NCBI GenBank assembly: GCA_035644855.1
Contig: DASQNT010000467.1
Span: forward strand, 3,050 to 35,049
Direction: 5' to 3'
Origin: Polyangiaceae bacterium
GTDB lineage: Bacteria > Myxococcota_A > Polyangia > Polyangiales > Polyangiaceae
Length of the DNA: 32,000 nt
The translations under genes and the position numbers were made by a program. Shown here piece by piece: positions 1-10,013 of the stretch; the first letter of the stretch is position 1, and every line of letters begins with the position of its first letter. The notes under the pieces are model-generated. The model made no database searches. It had not been told where the DNA came from and was given only the letters and a program-made list of their open reading frames with translations.

Positions 1-45
1 GGTGGTCGAGACGTGACGTAGCCGAATGGGCGCAGGCGATCGCGG

Positions 46-993
46 TCAGTTCGCCCGGGCCTCAATCACCTTCTGCACGCCCTCCGCGACGCGCGAGAGG
101 AGCTCATAGCCCGTGCGCCGCTCGATGTCGTCGACGCTCGTCCGGTACTCCTCCCAGCCGCGGCCCATGATCCCCTCTTTATTGGGCATCACCACGGCGA
201 TAATGGGCGTCTCCTCGGTCACGTGCCGCGCGTCCTCGCCCCGCTCGACGACGACCACCACCTTGAAGCACGCGCTCGGCACCGCGACGCCCTTCCCGAT
301 GGTCTCGGGCTTCTTATTGAAGATGCCTCCCGTGACGATATAGAGCTGCTTCTTCTCTTTCTGCGCGAGGTCCTGCGCGTGCTCCTCGAGCCTGAGCCAC
401 GGGCCCGCGTTGAGGTCGTGGTACTGGGGCAGGATGTTCGTGAGCAGGAACGTCGCCTTGTTGTCCTCGGGCGTCCTCGTCCGCTCCTCGGACCGGACCA
501 GGTGCCCCCGATCGAACCCGGAGCCCACGTAATCCTCGTGGCGCACGCGGTAGAAGCCCGCCGGCAGCGACTCGTCGGCGATGAACTTGCCCTTGAAGCG
601 CGGCACGTCGCCGAAATGCGACGCGTTCAGGCTATAACTTACCCAGTTCGGTATATTTTTCTCTTTGTTGTACGAGAGCGCGTACTGGGGCTTCGTCATC
701 AGGTGATCGTCGGACGAGTCCCCGTCGACCGGCGCCCCCATCGCGAGGTGCTCGTTCGAGGGCGCCTCGCCCGGCGGCGCCTTGGAGGTCGGGGCTCCCT
801 TCTTCGAGGGCTTGCTCGTCGCCGGAGGGCCCGCGCTCTTGCCGGGCGCCGGGACGTCGCCCTGCGATCCCGAGCCCTCGAGCCACAGATCCGGACGGCA
901 CGTGATGGCCGCCGTGAGCAGCACCACGGCGCCGATCGCGCTCACGACCATCGCCCGAAAGCCTCCCCCCTTGCGCTGCTTCCTCCTGCTCAC
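46..993 (-). CDS. Secreted DNA/RNA non-specific endonuclease (NucA / Endonuclease_NS family)
   Basis: The ORF 46..1245 contains the FDRGHLV active-site-type motif (DRGH) and NIPNWVSY, typical of the family. The ORF must start downstream of the neighbouring gene's stop at 1049. A GTG at 993 gives VSRRKQRKGGGFRAMVVSAIGAVVLLTAAITC, a charged n-region plus a hydrophobic signal. An alternative ATG lies at 951. Confidence 0.8.
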   Translation of the reverse strand: MSRRKQRKGGGFRAMVVSAIGAVVLLTAAITCRPDLWLEGSGSQGDVPAPGKSAGPPATSKPSKKGAPTSKAPPGEAPSNEHLAMGAPVDGDSSDDHLMTKPQYALSYNKEKNIPNWVSYSLNASHFGDVPRFKGKFIADESLPAGFYRVRHEDYVGSGFDRGHLVRSEERTRTPEDNKATFLLTNILPQYHDLNAGPWLRLEEHAQDLAQKEKKQLYIVTGGIFNKKPETIGKGVAVPSACFKVVVVVERGEDARHVTEETPIIAVVMPNKEGIMGRGWEEYRTSVDDIERRTGYELLSRVAEGVQKVIEARAN

Positions 994-1048
994 GGCTCGA
1001 TTTGCTCCAGCGCCCACGTATATCACGAGCCCGGCGCCGGAAGCGCGC

Positions 1049-2497
1049 CTACTCGCGGCAGCAGCGGAAGCCGATGTTCGGCAGGAGCGTCCCCTCGGCC
1101 GCGCGCGCGTCGAGATCCATCGAGCAGGCGAGGCCGATCTTCGGCGACAAATAGGAGCCGCCGTGCAATTGGAAAATCCGGTCCGGCGCCGGAGCTGCGT
1201 TCGTCTGCGAATTCGTCCACTCGGCCACGTTGCCCGATAAATCAAACGCTCCCGGATCGCCCGCCACGCACATCGAGAGGCTCCCCGTCGCCACCGGCGC
1301 CATCGCCCCCGGGTTATCGACGCCGTTGCAAATAGCCCCCTCGTACGTCGCGCCGTACGGGTAGAGCGTCTTGTTCGGCCCGCGGCAGGCCGCCTCGAGC
1401 TCCGTCGCCGAGCACAGTCGGAACCCCGGGCCGCGCGCCGCGCACGCCGCCTCCGCCTCGCTGTAGGAGCCGCCCGTCCACGGGAGAACGCCCGATTTCG
1501 AGCACGCCACCGTCTCGAGGATGCCCGAGCTCACCCCCGTCGCGTCGGGGCGCGCCGCTTCATAGCGATCCACATACACGGCCGGGTTGCTCCCCTCGAT
1601 GAGCTGCACCTCGAACGCCGAGACATCGAGGCCGTTGTCCACGAGCCCGTCGCAGTTATCGTCGATCCCATTGCAGAGCTCCGCCGTCGGCATGGCCGGG
1701 TCCGGAGGCGCCGTGAGGTCGCACGCCGTCTTCGCCGGGTTCTGCGGGTCGCACACGATAACACCGTAGTCGGTGCACAGGCCGAGCGCGCTGTCGCTGC
1801 ACGTGTCGCCGAGATCCGCGAACCACTCGTCGATGGATCCGTCGCAATTTCCGTCGAGCCCGTCGCAGCGCGCCTCCGTCAATCGAACAAATCCCGACAC
1901 CACCTCCACCTCGGGCGGGTACACGCACGACCAGCCCATCGCCCCGTTGCATTGCACGATCGTGCCCTCGCACGGCGTCCCCGGCGTCACCGTGCACAGG
2001 TTTCCGGGGGACGTCAGGTCCGGGTCCTGGGCGTCGAGGAGCCCGTCGCAATCGTCGTCGAGGCCGTTGCACGCCTCGGGGCCGAGCACCGGGACAGGGC
2101 ACGAGTACTCGCAGCCGTTCGCGGCGGATCCGTCGAGGTCGTAGGCCGCGGCGATGCACTCTTTAATGACGCACTGGCCAAGGACGCACGCGGGCACGGC
2201 GCCCGGGAGCATGCACACGTTGCCGCAGGCGCCGCAGTTCTCGAGATCGCTCTGGGTGTCCGCGTCGCAGGCAGGGCCGCCGCCGCCGTTCCCCGAGCTC
2301 GTCGTGAACAGGCCGCCGCCATCGCCGCCCGCGCCGCCCGCGCCGCCCATTCCGCCCGAACCCGACGCCGGCCCGCTGTCGCAAAGGGCATAGCAGTACG
2401 CGTCGTCCACGCAGCCCGCCGCCCCGAAGACCGGGAGCGCCGCGAGCAGGGCCGCGCTCCAGTTCGAACGAAGCACCGACCAACGCCGCGCGCTCAC
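1049..2497 (-). CDS. Lipoprotein with myxobacterial Cys-rich repeats and a C-terminal FGE-sulfatase (SUMF1/C-type-lectin-fold) domain
   Basis: Signal/lipobox LLAALPVFGAAGC. Repeats CNGLDDDCDGLLD, CDGLDGNCDGSIDE and CNGIDDNCDGLVDN. The C-terminus (LSGNVAEWTN ... HGGSYLSP ... GFRCCRE) is typical of the FGE-sulfatase fold. The GTG start at 2497 overlaps the upstream gene's TGA stop (2494-2496) as GTGA. The Arg-rich upstream part of ORF 1049..2815 is rejected. Confidence 0.8.
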   Translation of the reverse strand: MSARRWSVLRSNWSAALLAALPVFGAAGCVDDAYCYALCDSGPASGSGGMGGAGGAGGDGGGLFTTSSGNGGGGPACDADTQSDLENCGACGNVCMLPGAVPACVLGQCVIKECIAAAYDLDGSAANGCEYSCPVPVLGPEACNGLDDDCDGLLDAQDPDLTSPGNLCTVTPGTPCEGTIVQCNGAMGWSCVYPPEVEVVSGFVRLTEARCDGLDGNCDGSIDEWFADLGDTCSDSALGLCTDYGVIVCDPQNPAKTACDLTAPPDPAMPTAELCNGIDDNCDGLVDNGLDVSAFEVQLIEGSNPAVYVDRYEAARPDATGVSSGILETVACSKSGVLPWTGGSYSEAEAACAARGPGFRLCSATELEAACRGPNKTLYPYGATYEGAICNGVDNPGAMAPVATGSLSMCVAGDPGAFDLSGNVAEWTNSQTNAAPAPDRIFQLHGGSYLSPKIGLACSMDLDARAAEGTLLPNIGFRCCRE

Positions 2498-5400
2498 GCC
2501 GCCGCCCCCTTCCGGCGAAGGCTGCGGGCCGCGACCACAGCGAGCGCGCCGAGGAGCAGACCGAGGCCGCTCGGCGACCCCTTGAACGAGCTCACCGAGC
2601 AGCCGCCGCCGCCCGTGGTCAATCCGAACACGCCTCCGGGCGCAGCACCTGCAGCGCCGCCGCCGCCCCCGGCTCCCGGTCCGCTCCCGCCTTCGCCTCC
2701 GCTCCCGCCTCCGGTCCCGCCGCCGCTGCCGGTCCCGCCGCCGCCGCCGCCCGCGCCGCCCGAGCCCGAAGGATCTTTGCAAATCCCGTCCTCGCAGACC
2801 TGCCCCGGCTGGCACATCACCTCATCGCACGAGAGCTTCACGCAGTACCCCGCCTTGCACGCGAGCCCCGGCGGGCAGGGGAACTCCCCGTTCGCGCACG
2901 GCGCCGCGCACTGCGCCTCGATGCACACGCTCTCGCCGGGGCACACGGCCATATTGTCAGCCACGCCGTCGCAGTCGGTGTCCTTCCCGTCGCAGATCTC
3001 GGGCTGCGGGCCGACAAACCCCACGCACACGGGCTTCGCGTTGATGCAGAGCGTGGTCCCGAGCGAGCACGGAGGCTGATCGTTCGGGGCCGTCAGCGTC
3101 CCGCAGGGGACGCCGTAGACGCTCGGCTCGTTCATCGAGACATCGGGCTCCTCATCGATGTTGAAATCGCAGTCGTTGTCCTTGCCGTCGCAGATCTCGG
3201 GCGAGGGCGTGCACTTCGGGCAATTGAGCGGGAGGCCGCTGTCGTCCTCGTCGATGAGGCCGTCGCAGTCGTCGTCGAGGCTATTGCACACCTCGGGGCT
3301 CGGCGCGCTGCCCGGGTCCGAGAGCACGCACTCGGTGCCCGAGCCGTCGGCCTTGCACTCGTAATAGCCGGTGCCCAGGCACACCCCGAGCTCGCCGTCC
3401 GAGCACGTCAGGCCTTTCTCAGGGAACTCCTCGTCGATGAGGGCGTCGCAGTCGTCGTCGAGGTTATTGCAGAGCTCAAACTTCTGGTTCGCCCCGATGA
3501 TCTCGGCGAGGGCGTTCGCGAGCTCGCTCTTCGAGGTCACGAAATAGGCCTGGCCCGTCCCGCCCGCGGCGGCGATCTGGTTGAGCTGCGTCTCCTCGCT
3601 CGGCAGGACGGAGAAGCCAATCACGTACGTCTGCACGCTCGTCCCGGCGATGCCCGCGAGCAGGTCGGCCGCCGCGCCCGCTGGATCGCCCTCGCAGCTC
3701 TCGGCGCCGTCGGTGAGCAGGATGGTCGCGTACGACCGGCACGCCTTCGCGCTGTCGCACGAGATGATCGGCGTCAGGTAATCTTTGGTCGCGAGGAGCG
3801 AGCCCGCGAGCGGCGTGGGCCCCGAGCCGCGGAGCTCGCAGTTTCCGTTCGGGCAGTGGTCGCCCTCGACCGTCGTCGCGTCGAACTGGGCGTCGGCGTC
3901 CTCGACCCCATCGAGCCACGTGAGGTACCGGTTGATGGGCTCATTGAACCCGACCACAAATTGCGCCCCGCGCCTCGGCGGCCCGCACGACCCCGCGTAG
4001 TTGATGCAGTCCGACGTGGGCGGGCTCTCCATGCCCTCCTGCGGCCAGCCGATCGACATGTTCGACGTGAACGCCGGCACGCCCGGGTACCCGGCGCCCG
4101 GATAGAGCTGGGTCAATACGCACGTATTATCGGGGTATACCGACGGGTAGGGGGGCGGGAGGTTGTTCGTGGGATCGTCGTACGAGCAGCAGCTCTGGGC
4201 GCACTCGAAGTTCGAGGCCGACTGGCAGCTCCGGTTCACGCCCACGTCCTGGTAATAGCGGCCGAGCGCGTAGTCGCTCTCGGGGAAGGCCGAGAGGACC
4301 TGCGTGAGGGCCTCCTTGGCGATAAAGAGGCGGGCGTTGTTGCCCGCGATGGCGTCGGGGTCGGAGCCGGTGTCGACGCCGGGGTAATCGATGGATCCGT
4401 CGCCGAACGTGGGGTTTCCGCCGAGGTCGTTCAGCATCGAGCCGGACGTGTCGACGATGAGCGAGAAGCGGGGCCGCGCGTCGGCGGCGGCGACCAGGCA
4501 AATGGCCGGATCGTACGCGCAGAGCTGCGGCAGGCCCGCCGCGCAGGCCGGGATCATGGATCCGTCGGGGCAGGTGATCGTGCCGAGATCCTCGTCGATC
4601 GATCCGTCGAAATCGTTGTCCCAGCCGTCGCAGATCTCGGCCACGTAGGCGCTGTCGATCTGGAGCTCGCCCGCGCCGCCGCCCGCCTCGCCCGAGCAGA
4701 TGGGGCAGATGCCGCCGCCGCCTCCTCGGACGTCGAAGATCGCCTCGGGGTGAATGGATCCGACGCGCGACTGGACGTTGACGATGCCGCCGCCGCCGCC
4801 GCCCGCGCAGTCGTCGCACGTGCCGCTGTTCTGGGTGCCTTTGCACTCGTTCTCCTCGTCGGAGGGGTCGAACGGGGTGCATTGATTCGCGGCGTCGGCG
4901 CAGACGGAGCCGAGCGCGCCGCCGAGGTTTTTGCACGTCTGCCCGAGGAGGGCGTTGCACTGGGTGTTCGAGGTGCAGGGGGTGCAGTTGCAGGGGCCGC
5001 AGCGGCCGGCGACGCAGGTCTGGCCGAGCTGGCACTCGGCGTTTGAGGAGCAGGTGGTGCATTTCGGCTGCGAATCGCCGCCGCGGCCGCCGTGGGCGCT
5101 CACCCTCGCGGTGGGGGCCACGCTCACCTGGTCGCCGATGATCAGAATGCTCCCGCCCGCGCCGCCGCCCGCGGAGTCGTTGCCCGAGGAGCAGCCGCGC
5201 TGGCCGTCGGCGTTGATGCGCCCGGCGACGCTGATAAGGCCGTCCTGCGCAGCCGTCGCGGCGAAGAGGACGATGCGGCCTCCGCCCCTGCCCGCGCGCA
5301 GGGCGGCGTCCCAGCCGTCGCGGCAGCCTTTATCGCCGCCGGCCGCGCCGAACTCGACCTCAAAGATGTTGTGCCGATAGCTCTGCCCGGCCACGGTGGG

Positions 5401-6054
5401 GAGGCCGTCGCCCGCGCCGTTCGCCGAGTTCGTGGTGCCGTAGCAGACGGCTTTGTTGGGATCGTTCGCGGCGACGCACGCATTGCCGGAGACGTTTCCG
5501 CAGTCTTCCTCCCACTCCTGCGGGAACTCGCAGGCGGTGGCCGAGCCGACGACGAAGCAGTCTTTGGTGCCCCGGCCGCCGTTTCCGAAATGCGCGCCGC
5601 CGCCGCCCGAGTCGAGGACGGAGCAGCCGCCGCGCCCGCCCGATAAGGGTGCGAACGGAGGGCCCTCGCCCTCGCTGCAGAGGACGCCCCGATAACCGGC
5701 TCCCTTGGCGGAGATTTTCGAGGTGGCGTCGATGGTAATGGCGTTCGCCTTGAGGACGAGGTTTCCGGTGCTGGCTTTATTGACCCCGTCGTAGGGCGCG
5801 ACGCAGACCGTGGCGCCCTTCGTGAGCGAGACGACGCCGAAGGTCTTTTCGCCCCCGTAGCGGCAGCCGTTGTTGCTCGCGGGCGCGGCGCTCACCTGGC
5901 AGGTTTTGTCGACCGCCGTGCCGCCGTCGGGGCAGAGGGCGGGGCCCGCCATGCTCCCGTCGAGGATGAGATCGGCCGCGAGGGCGCGGGAGCCGATCAG
6001 GGTGAGAGCGAGCGCGAGCGCGGCACAAAGAACAAAAGCTCGGATGCTGGGCAT
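2494..6054 (-). CDS. Large secreted vWA-domain protein with Gly-rich beta-helix-like N-terminal region, Cys-rich repeats and MYXO-CTERM-like sorting tail
   Basis: Start at the internal ATG 6054 gives the signal peptide MPSIRAFVLCAALALALTLIGSRALA. vWA MIDAS motif LIVDTSGSM plus LLTDGAE. Repeats CDGWDNDFDGSIDED, CNNLDDDCDALIDEE, CNSLDDDCDGLIDED, CDGKDNDCDFNIDEE and CDGKDTDCDGVADN. The C-terminus has a Gly-rich linker, then GGGGCSVS, a hydrophobic stretch and RSLRRK. Confidence 0.85.
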   Translation of the reverse strand: MPSIRAFVLCAALALALTLIGSRALAADLILDGSMAGPALCPDGGTAVDKTCQVSAAPASNNGCRYGGEKTFGVVSLTKGATVCVAPYDGVNKASTGNLVLKANAITIDATSKISAKGAGYRGVLCSEGEGPPFAPLSGGRGGCSVLDSGGGGAHFGNGGRGTKDCFVVGSATACEFPQEWEEDCGNVSGNACVAANDPNKAVCYGTTNSANGAGDGLPTVAGQSYRHNIFEVEFGAAGGDKGCRDGWDAALRAGRGGGRIVLFAATAAQDGLISVAGRINADGQRGCSSGNDSAGGGAGGSILIIGDQVSVAPTARVSAHGGRGGDSQPKCTTCSSNAECQLGQTCVAGRCGPCNCTPCTSNTQCNALLGQTCKNLGGALGSVCADAANQCTPFDPSDEENECKGTQNSGTCDDCAGGGGGGIVNVQSRVGSIHPEAIFDVRGGGGGICPICSGEAGGGAGELQIDSAYVAEICDGWDNDFDGSIDEDLGTITCPDGSMIPACAAGLPQLCAYDPAICLVAAADARPRFSLIVDTSGSMLNDLGGNPTFGDGSIDYPGVDTGSDPDAIAGNNARLFIAKEALTQVLSAFPESDYALGRYYQDVGVNRSCQSASNFECAQSCCSYDDPTNNLPPPYPSVYPDNTCVLTQLYPGAGYPGVPAFTSNMSIGWPQEGMESPPTSDCINYAGSCGPPRRGAQFVVGFNEPINRYLTWLDGVEDADAQFDATTVEGDHCPNGNCELRGSGPTPLAGSLLATKDYLTPIISCDSAKACRSYATILLTDGAESCEGDPAGAAADLLAGIAGTSVQTYVIGFSVLPSEETQLNQIAAAGGTGQAYFVTSKSELANALAEIIGANQKFELCNNLDDDCDALIDEEFPEKGLTCSDGELGVCLGTGYYECKADGSGTECVLSDPGSAPSPEVCNSLDDDCDGLIDEDDSGLPLNCPKCTPSPEICDGKDNDCDFNIDEEPDVSMNEPSVYGVPCGTLTAPNDQPPCSLGTTLCINAKPVCVGFVGPQPEICDGKDTDCDGVADNMAVCPGESVCIEAQCAAPCANGEFPCPPGLACKAGYCVKLSCDEVMCQPGQVCEDGICKDPSGSGGAGGGGGGTGSGGGTGGGSGGEGGSGPGAGGGGGAAGAAPGGVFGLTTGGGGCSVSSFKGSPSGLGLLLGALAVVAARSLRRKGAAA

Positions 6055-6280
6055 TGGAGCTTCATAAGGTATCTGGGAACGCGCCGCGTGTCCATTGCGG
6101 AGAGCTGTGCCTCGGCGCACGCAGCGCGCCGATAAGGGAGCTCGTCTGGGGTCGGGTTGATCAGGCTCGTCCGTTCATTCAATGGCTCGGACCGGCAGCG
6201 AGTCAGGTGCCGTCGGCCTCGGCGAGAGCTCGGCGGTGGTGTTTGTGGGGGGCGACGTGGGGAGGTGACGCCGCAGACCC

Positions 6281-7819
6281 TCACCAGTCGGTCGGCCGGT
6301 AGTCCTTCAAAAACAGCCCGAACAGGTGCTTTCCGGTCAAAAACCCGTTGAAGATCGGGTCCACGATGCGGGCCGCCCCGTCCACGATATCAAGCGGCGG
6401 ATGAAAGCCGTGCTCCTCCACCTTGCGCGCCGCGATCTCGACCGGGTCTTCGTCGGTCACCCAGCCCGTATCGACGCTGTTGATATGAATCCCGTCCTTC
6501 ACGTAATCGGCGGCGCTCGTCCGGGTGAGCATATTGAGGGCGGCCTTGGCCATGTTCGTGTGCGGGTGCTTGTCCGTCTTCCACGGGCGATAGAACTGCC
6601 CCTCCATGGCCGACACGTTGACGATGTGCTTGTCGCGCGAGGGGTGCCTCAGCATCAGCGGCTTCAGGCGCGCCGAGAGGACGAACGGCGCGATCGCGTT
6701 CACGAGCATCACCTCAAAGAGCTCGACCGTCGGGATCTCGGCGAGGAGCAGGCGCCAGCTATTGTGCCCCCGCAGATCCACCTGCTGCTGATCAGCGTCG
6801 AGGCTCCCTCCGGGAAACAAACTCCCGGCCTCCGCGTCGCCAGCCACGGCCGCGATCTGCGAGAGCAGGGCCGGCGCGACGAGGCCGACATCCGCCCGCT
6901 CGCCCGGCCCGGATAACGCCGGCGCCTCGCCCCTCGCCCGGAGCGCGTCGTAGTCGTGGAGCAGCTCCCTCTCGGCCGGGGCGAGCTCGCGCAGGGCGCG
7001 CCCCTCAAAGCCCATCAGGTGCGAATAAAAACCCGGCGGGCGGCGCACGGTCTGACAGGCGTTGTGGAGGATGAAATCCAGCCGGTCGAGGTGGCCCTCG
7101 AGGTGCTTGGCGAAGCGCTCGACGCTGGGCGTGTGGCGGAGGTCGAGGCCATAGATTTGAAGGCGCCCTTTGAAGTTCTCGTAATCGACCTCCTCGGCGT
7201 AGCGGCGGGCGGAGTCGTGCGGGAAGCGCGTGGTCACGATCACGCGGGCCCCCGCGCGGAGGAGCTTTATCGCGGCCTGATAGCCGATCTTCACCCGCGC
7301 GCCCGTGACGAGCGCGATGCGGCCGTCGAGGCGCGCCGCCTGTGTGCGCTTCTGGTAATTGAAATCGCCGCACGCGGGGCACATTTGATCGTAGAAGAAA
7401 TGGACCTCCCGGAAAGGCGCCTTGCAGACGTAGCACTTTCGGGCCTCGTGGAGCGGGGGCGGCGCGGGATCCTCGGCCGGTGCGGCGGCGGGCGCGGGGT
7501 CGGGCAGCGAGGGGCGCGCGGCGGCCGCGGGAGGGGTCGGGTAAACGGGCAGCTCGCGGAGGGCGCGGATGCTGGTCTTTCGGAGCAGGGCGTCGTCTGC
7601 GGCTCGGCGCTCGCGGGTCTCCTTGCGCCGGAAGGCTTTCGCGAGGTCGCGCTGCTCGGCGCGCTCGGGCCTCGAGACCTTTCCGGCAGCGATTAAGAGG
7701 CGGCGGCGGGTGGGCTCGTCGAGGTCGGCGAGCAGGGATCGGTCCTCGGCGATGGCCTCGAGGGCGCGCAGGCACGCGTCGAGGTCCGGCGGGGATGGGC
7801 TAGGCGGCTTGCCTTGCAT
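6281..7819 (-). CDS. SDR-family NAD(P)-dependent oxidoreductase with long N-terminal extension containing a CxxC...CxxC zinc-ribbon-like motif
   Basis: Rossmann motif IALVTGARVKIGYQAAIKLLRAGARVIVTTR. C-terminal NSVDTGWV. N-terminal CYVCKAPF...CPACGDF. High GC3 coding pattern. Confidence 0.85.
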   Translation of the reverse strand: MQGKPPSPSPPDLDACLRALEAIAEDRSLLADLDEPTRRRLLIAAGKVSRPERAEQRDLAKAFRRKETRERRAADDALLRKTSIRALRELPVYPTPPAAAARPSLPDPAPAAAPAEDPAPPPLHEARKCYVCKAPFREVHFFYDQMCPACGDFNYQKRTQAARLDGRIALVTGARVKIGYQAAIKLLRAGARVIVTTRFPHDSARRYAEEVDYENFKGRLQIYGLDLRHTPSVERFAKHLEGHLDRLDFILHNACQTVRRPPGFYSHLMGFEGRALRELAPAERELLHDYDALRARGEAPALSGPGERADVGLVAPALLSQIAAVAGDAEAGSLFPGGSLDADQQQVDLRGHNSWRLLLAEIPTVELFEVMLVNAIAPFVLSARLKPLMLRHPSRDKHIVNVSAMEGQFYRPWKTDKHPHTNMAKAALNMLTRTSAADYVKDGIHINSVDTGWVTDEDPVEIAARKVEEHGFHPPLDIVDGAARIVDPIFNGFLTGKHLFGLFLKDYRPTDW

Positions 7820-7885
7820 TGCAGCTCGGCGGGCTTCCTAGCACAGTCCGCGCGCCGCTCGGGCCCCCATGGGGGAGAGAGCGCC

Positions 7886-8326
7886 CTACGCGCCCCGCGC
7901 AGGCGAGCGCGAGGCCCCCGAGACCGCCTGATCGAACGCCTCCGCGTCGGTGAAGATTTTTATCCGATCGCCCGTCCGCGAGAAGAGCCTGACCACCTCG
8001 GCGGCCACTTGAAGGAACTTCGACGCGACGAGGATAGCGATCGAGCGCGTCTCCGGCCCGTGCTCCTGAAACCAGCGCGTCCAGGCCTCCCGGACCTCCG
8101 TCTTTGCCCCAACCGCCGCCCGAAGATCGACGTGGAGCTCGACCGGCCCGCCGCTGCGCGCGATCTCGGCGTTAATCCAGTCGAAGGGAGCATCTCCGAG
8201 ATCGCCCTCGTCGTAGCCTTTTATCGCGACCAGAAGAGCGCCGCTCCTCGGCCGCGAGAGGGTGATCGAGCACCCTCCCGCCGTGAGCTCGACCGACCCG
8301 TCCGGGAGAACCTCTCGCTTCACCAT
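7886..8326 (-). CDS. Hypothetical protein (possibly STAS/SpoIIAA-like fold)
   Basis: 146-aa ORF with balanced composition, unlike the overlapping Arg/Ser-rich shadow ORFs. No motif that I can name. Confidence 0.5.
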   Translation of the reverse strand: MVKREVLPDGSVELTAGGCSITLSRPRSGALLVAIKGYDEGDLGDAPFDWINAEIARSGGPVELHVDLRAAVGAKTEVREAWTRWFQEHGPETRSIAILVASKFLQVAAEVVRLFSRTGDRIKIFTDAEAFDQAVSGASRSPARGA

Positions 8327-8582
8327 CGCACGCTCCAGAAATAAACAAACGCCGGATCCTCTCTCTAACGAAGGATTGGGCCGATAGGCAAGCGACCGGC
8401 GAGGTGGACCGCGCGAAGCGATTCATCCGCGCGAGCGTGGTCTGCCTCCTCCAAATTCGCGCTCGTGCGATGGGTCGTATTGCTAACGACGACGTGAAGC
8501 TCCCCGCGGGGCGTTCGATCGGATTGATTCGCTCGCCGCTCCTCGCCTTCAAAAGCATCTAAGCTCTACGCCGGTCACTAAC

Positions 8583-10013
8583 TCACTCAATAGAAGTAGC
8601 CCTCTCGGGCGCCGCTCCCACCACCGGAACGGCAGCCCTCCTCTCCAGAGCCAGCGCCGCCGCACCGCAGACGAGCGGAAAGACCACCATCGAATAACGC
8701 CCTGCGCCAAAAAAGACCGCGTGCGTCACCAGCGTCGCCAAGACCACCACCCCGGCCGCGCTCCCGACGAACGGCTCGCGCTCCCCCTCCCCGCGCGGAA
8801 CCAGCAAGAGCGCCGCGAGCACCCCGTAGCTCACCCACGCGTGCACGAGCACCGTGAAGAGCGCCCCGACCGCGGCGAGCGCCGTGAGCCCCGCAGCCAC
8901 CGCGAGCCGCCTGGGCGAGGAGAAGAGCCGCCGAAGAGCCCCAAGGATCGCCAGGAGCAGCGCCGCCCGCTCGACCACCAGCGACGAGACCCCAAGCGCA
9001 TCCCTCGCGCGCTCGCCGAACGCCGCCCCGTTCGATGTGAACAGGTACCAGCCGGCAGCGCCGCCCCCGTAGTCGAACGTCGCGGCGAGCTTCTTCGGCG
9101 CGAGCGCTGCCCAGCCCAGCGGATCGGCCGCGATCGACCGGAGCGCCTCGCGCCCAAAGCACGCGTCCTTCGCCGCCTCGTCCCACACCTCGCGGCACGC
9201 CTCCGGCACCTTCACCGGCGCCCACGTGCCCGCCCCGGCCGGGTCCGCGCCGATGGCCAGGTTCCAGCCGCCGTTCACGCTCACCAGCGCGCAGCTCTTC
9301 ATCCGAACGCAGTTCCGCGCGGTCCACGGGGCGCACACAAGGAGCGCCGAGCACAGGGCCAGCGACGCGCCGATCGGGCGGGATCGAAGCGGCGCGCTCC
9401 CCCACGCGATCCAGCCGAAGATCGGCGCGAGCACGAGGGACTGCGGGCGCACGAGCGTCGCGACCCCGAGGACCGCCCCCGCCCCGATCGTCGCGATCAC
9501 CGCGGCCCGAAGCCTCTTCTCCTCAATAAACCCGAGCGCGCCCGACATCGCCCAGGCGCCGCACGCGAGGAGCGACGCCGTAACCCCCTCCGTCATCAGG
9601 GCCGGCGTGTACCCCACGAGCCCCGGATGAAGCGCCACCAAGAGCCCCGCGATCACCGCCGTTCGCCGCGTCCCCGCGAGGGCCGCGAGCCGATGCACAG
9701 CCACCGCCGCGAGCGCCCCGAGCGCTGCGTTCAGGGCCATCACCGCCCCCGGATGCGGGCCAAAGAGCGCGTAAACCGCCCCCATCATCGCCGGATACCC
9801 GACCGGATAGTGCGCCGCGAACGTCACCGCCCCGTCGGGCCAGAGCCACGTGTACCCGAGCCCCGCCGCGATCCTCTGGGCCACCCGGTGATAGAAATCC
9901 CCGTCCATCACCGGCGGAAAGCGATGCGCCGCCCAGAGCACCACGGCGAGCCTCACGAGGAGCGCGAGCCCTCCGATCGCCGCGCTGTCCCGCGAGCTCG
10001 CCCCCTTCGTCAT
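8583..10013 (-). CDS. Polytopic membrane glycosyltransferase (GT39 / ArnT-PMT-like)
   Basis: Many hydrophobic helices. N-terminal loop DGDFYHRVAQRIAAGLGY is typical of GT39/ArnT-like enzymes. The ATG at 10013 overlaps the maf stop codon (ATGA, 10010-10013). Confidence 0.75.
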   Translation of the reverse strand: MTKGASSRDSAAIGGLALLVRLAVVLWAAHRFPPVMDGDFYHRVAQRIAAGLGYTWLWPDGAVTFAAHYPVGYPAMMGAVYALFGPHPGAVMALNAALGALAAVAVHRLAALAGTRRTAVIAGLLVALHPGLVGYTPALMTEGVTASLLACGAWAMSGALGFIEEKRLRAAVIATIGAGAVLGVATLVRPQSLVLAPIFGWIAWGSAPLRSRPIGASLALCSALLVCAPWTARNCVRMKSCALVSVNGGWNLAIGADPAGAGTWAPVKVPEACREVWDEAAKDACFGREALRSIAADPLGWAALAPKKLAATFDYGGGAAGWYLFTSNGAAFGERARDALGVSSLVVERAALLLAILGALRRLFSSPRRLAVAAGLTALAAVGALFTVLVHAWVSYGVLAALLLVPRGEGEREPFVGSAAGVVVLATLVTHAVFFGAGRYSMVVFPLVCGAAALALERRAAVPVVGAAPERATSIE

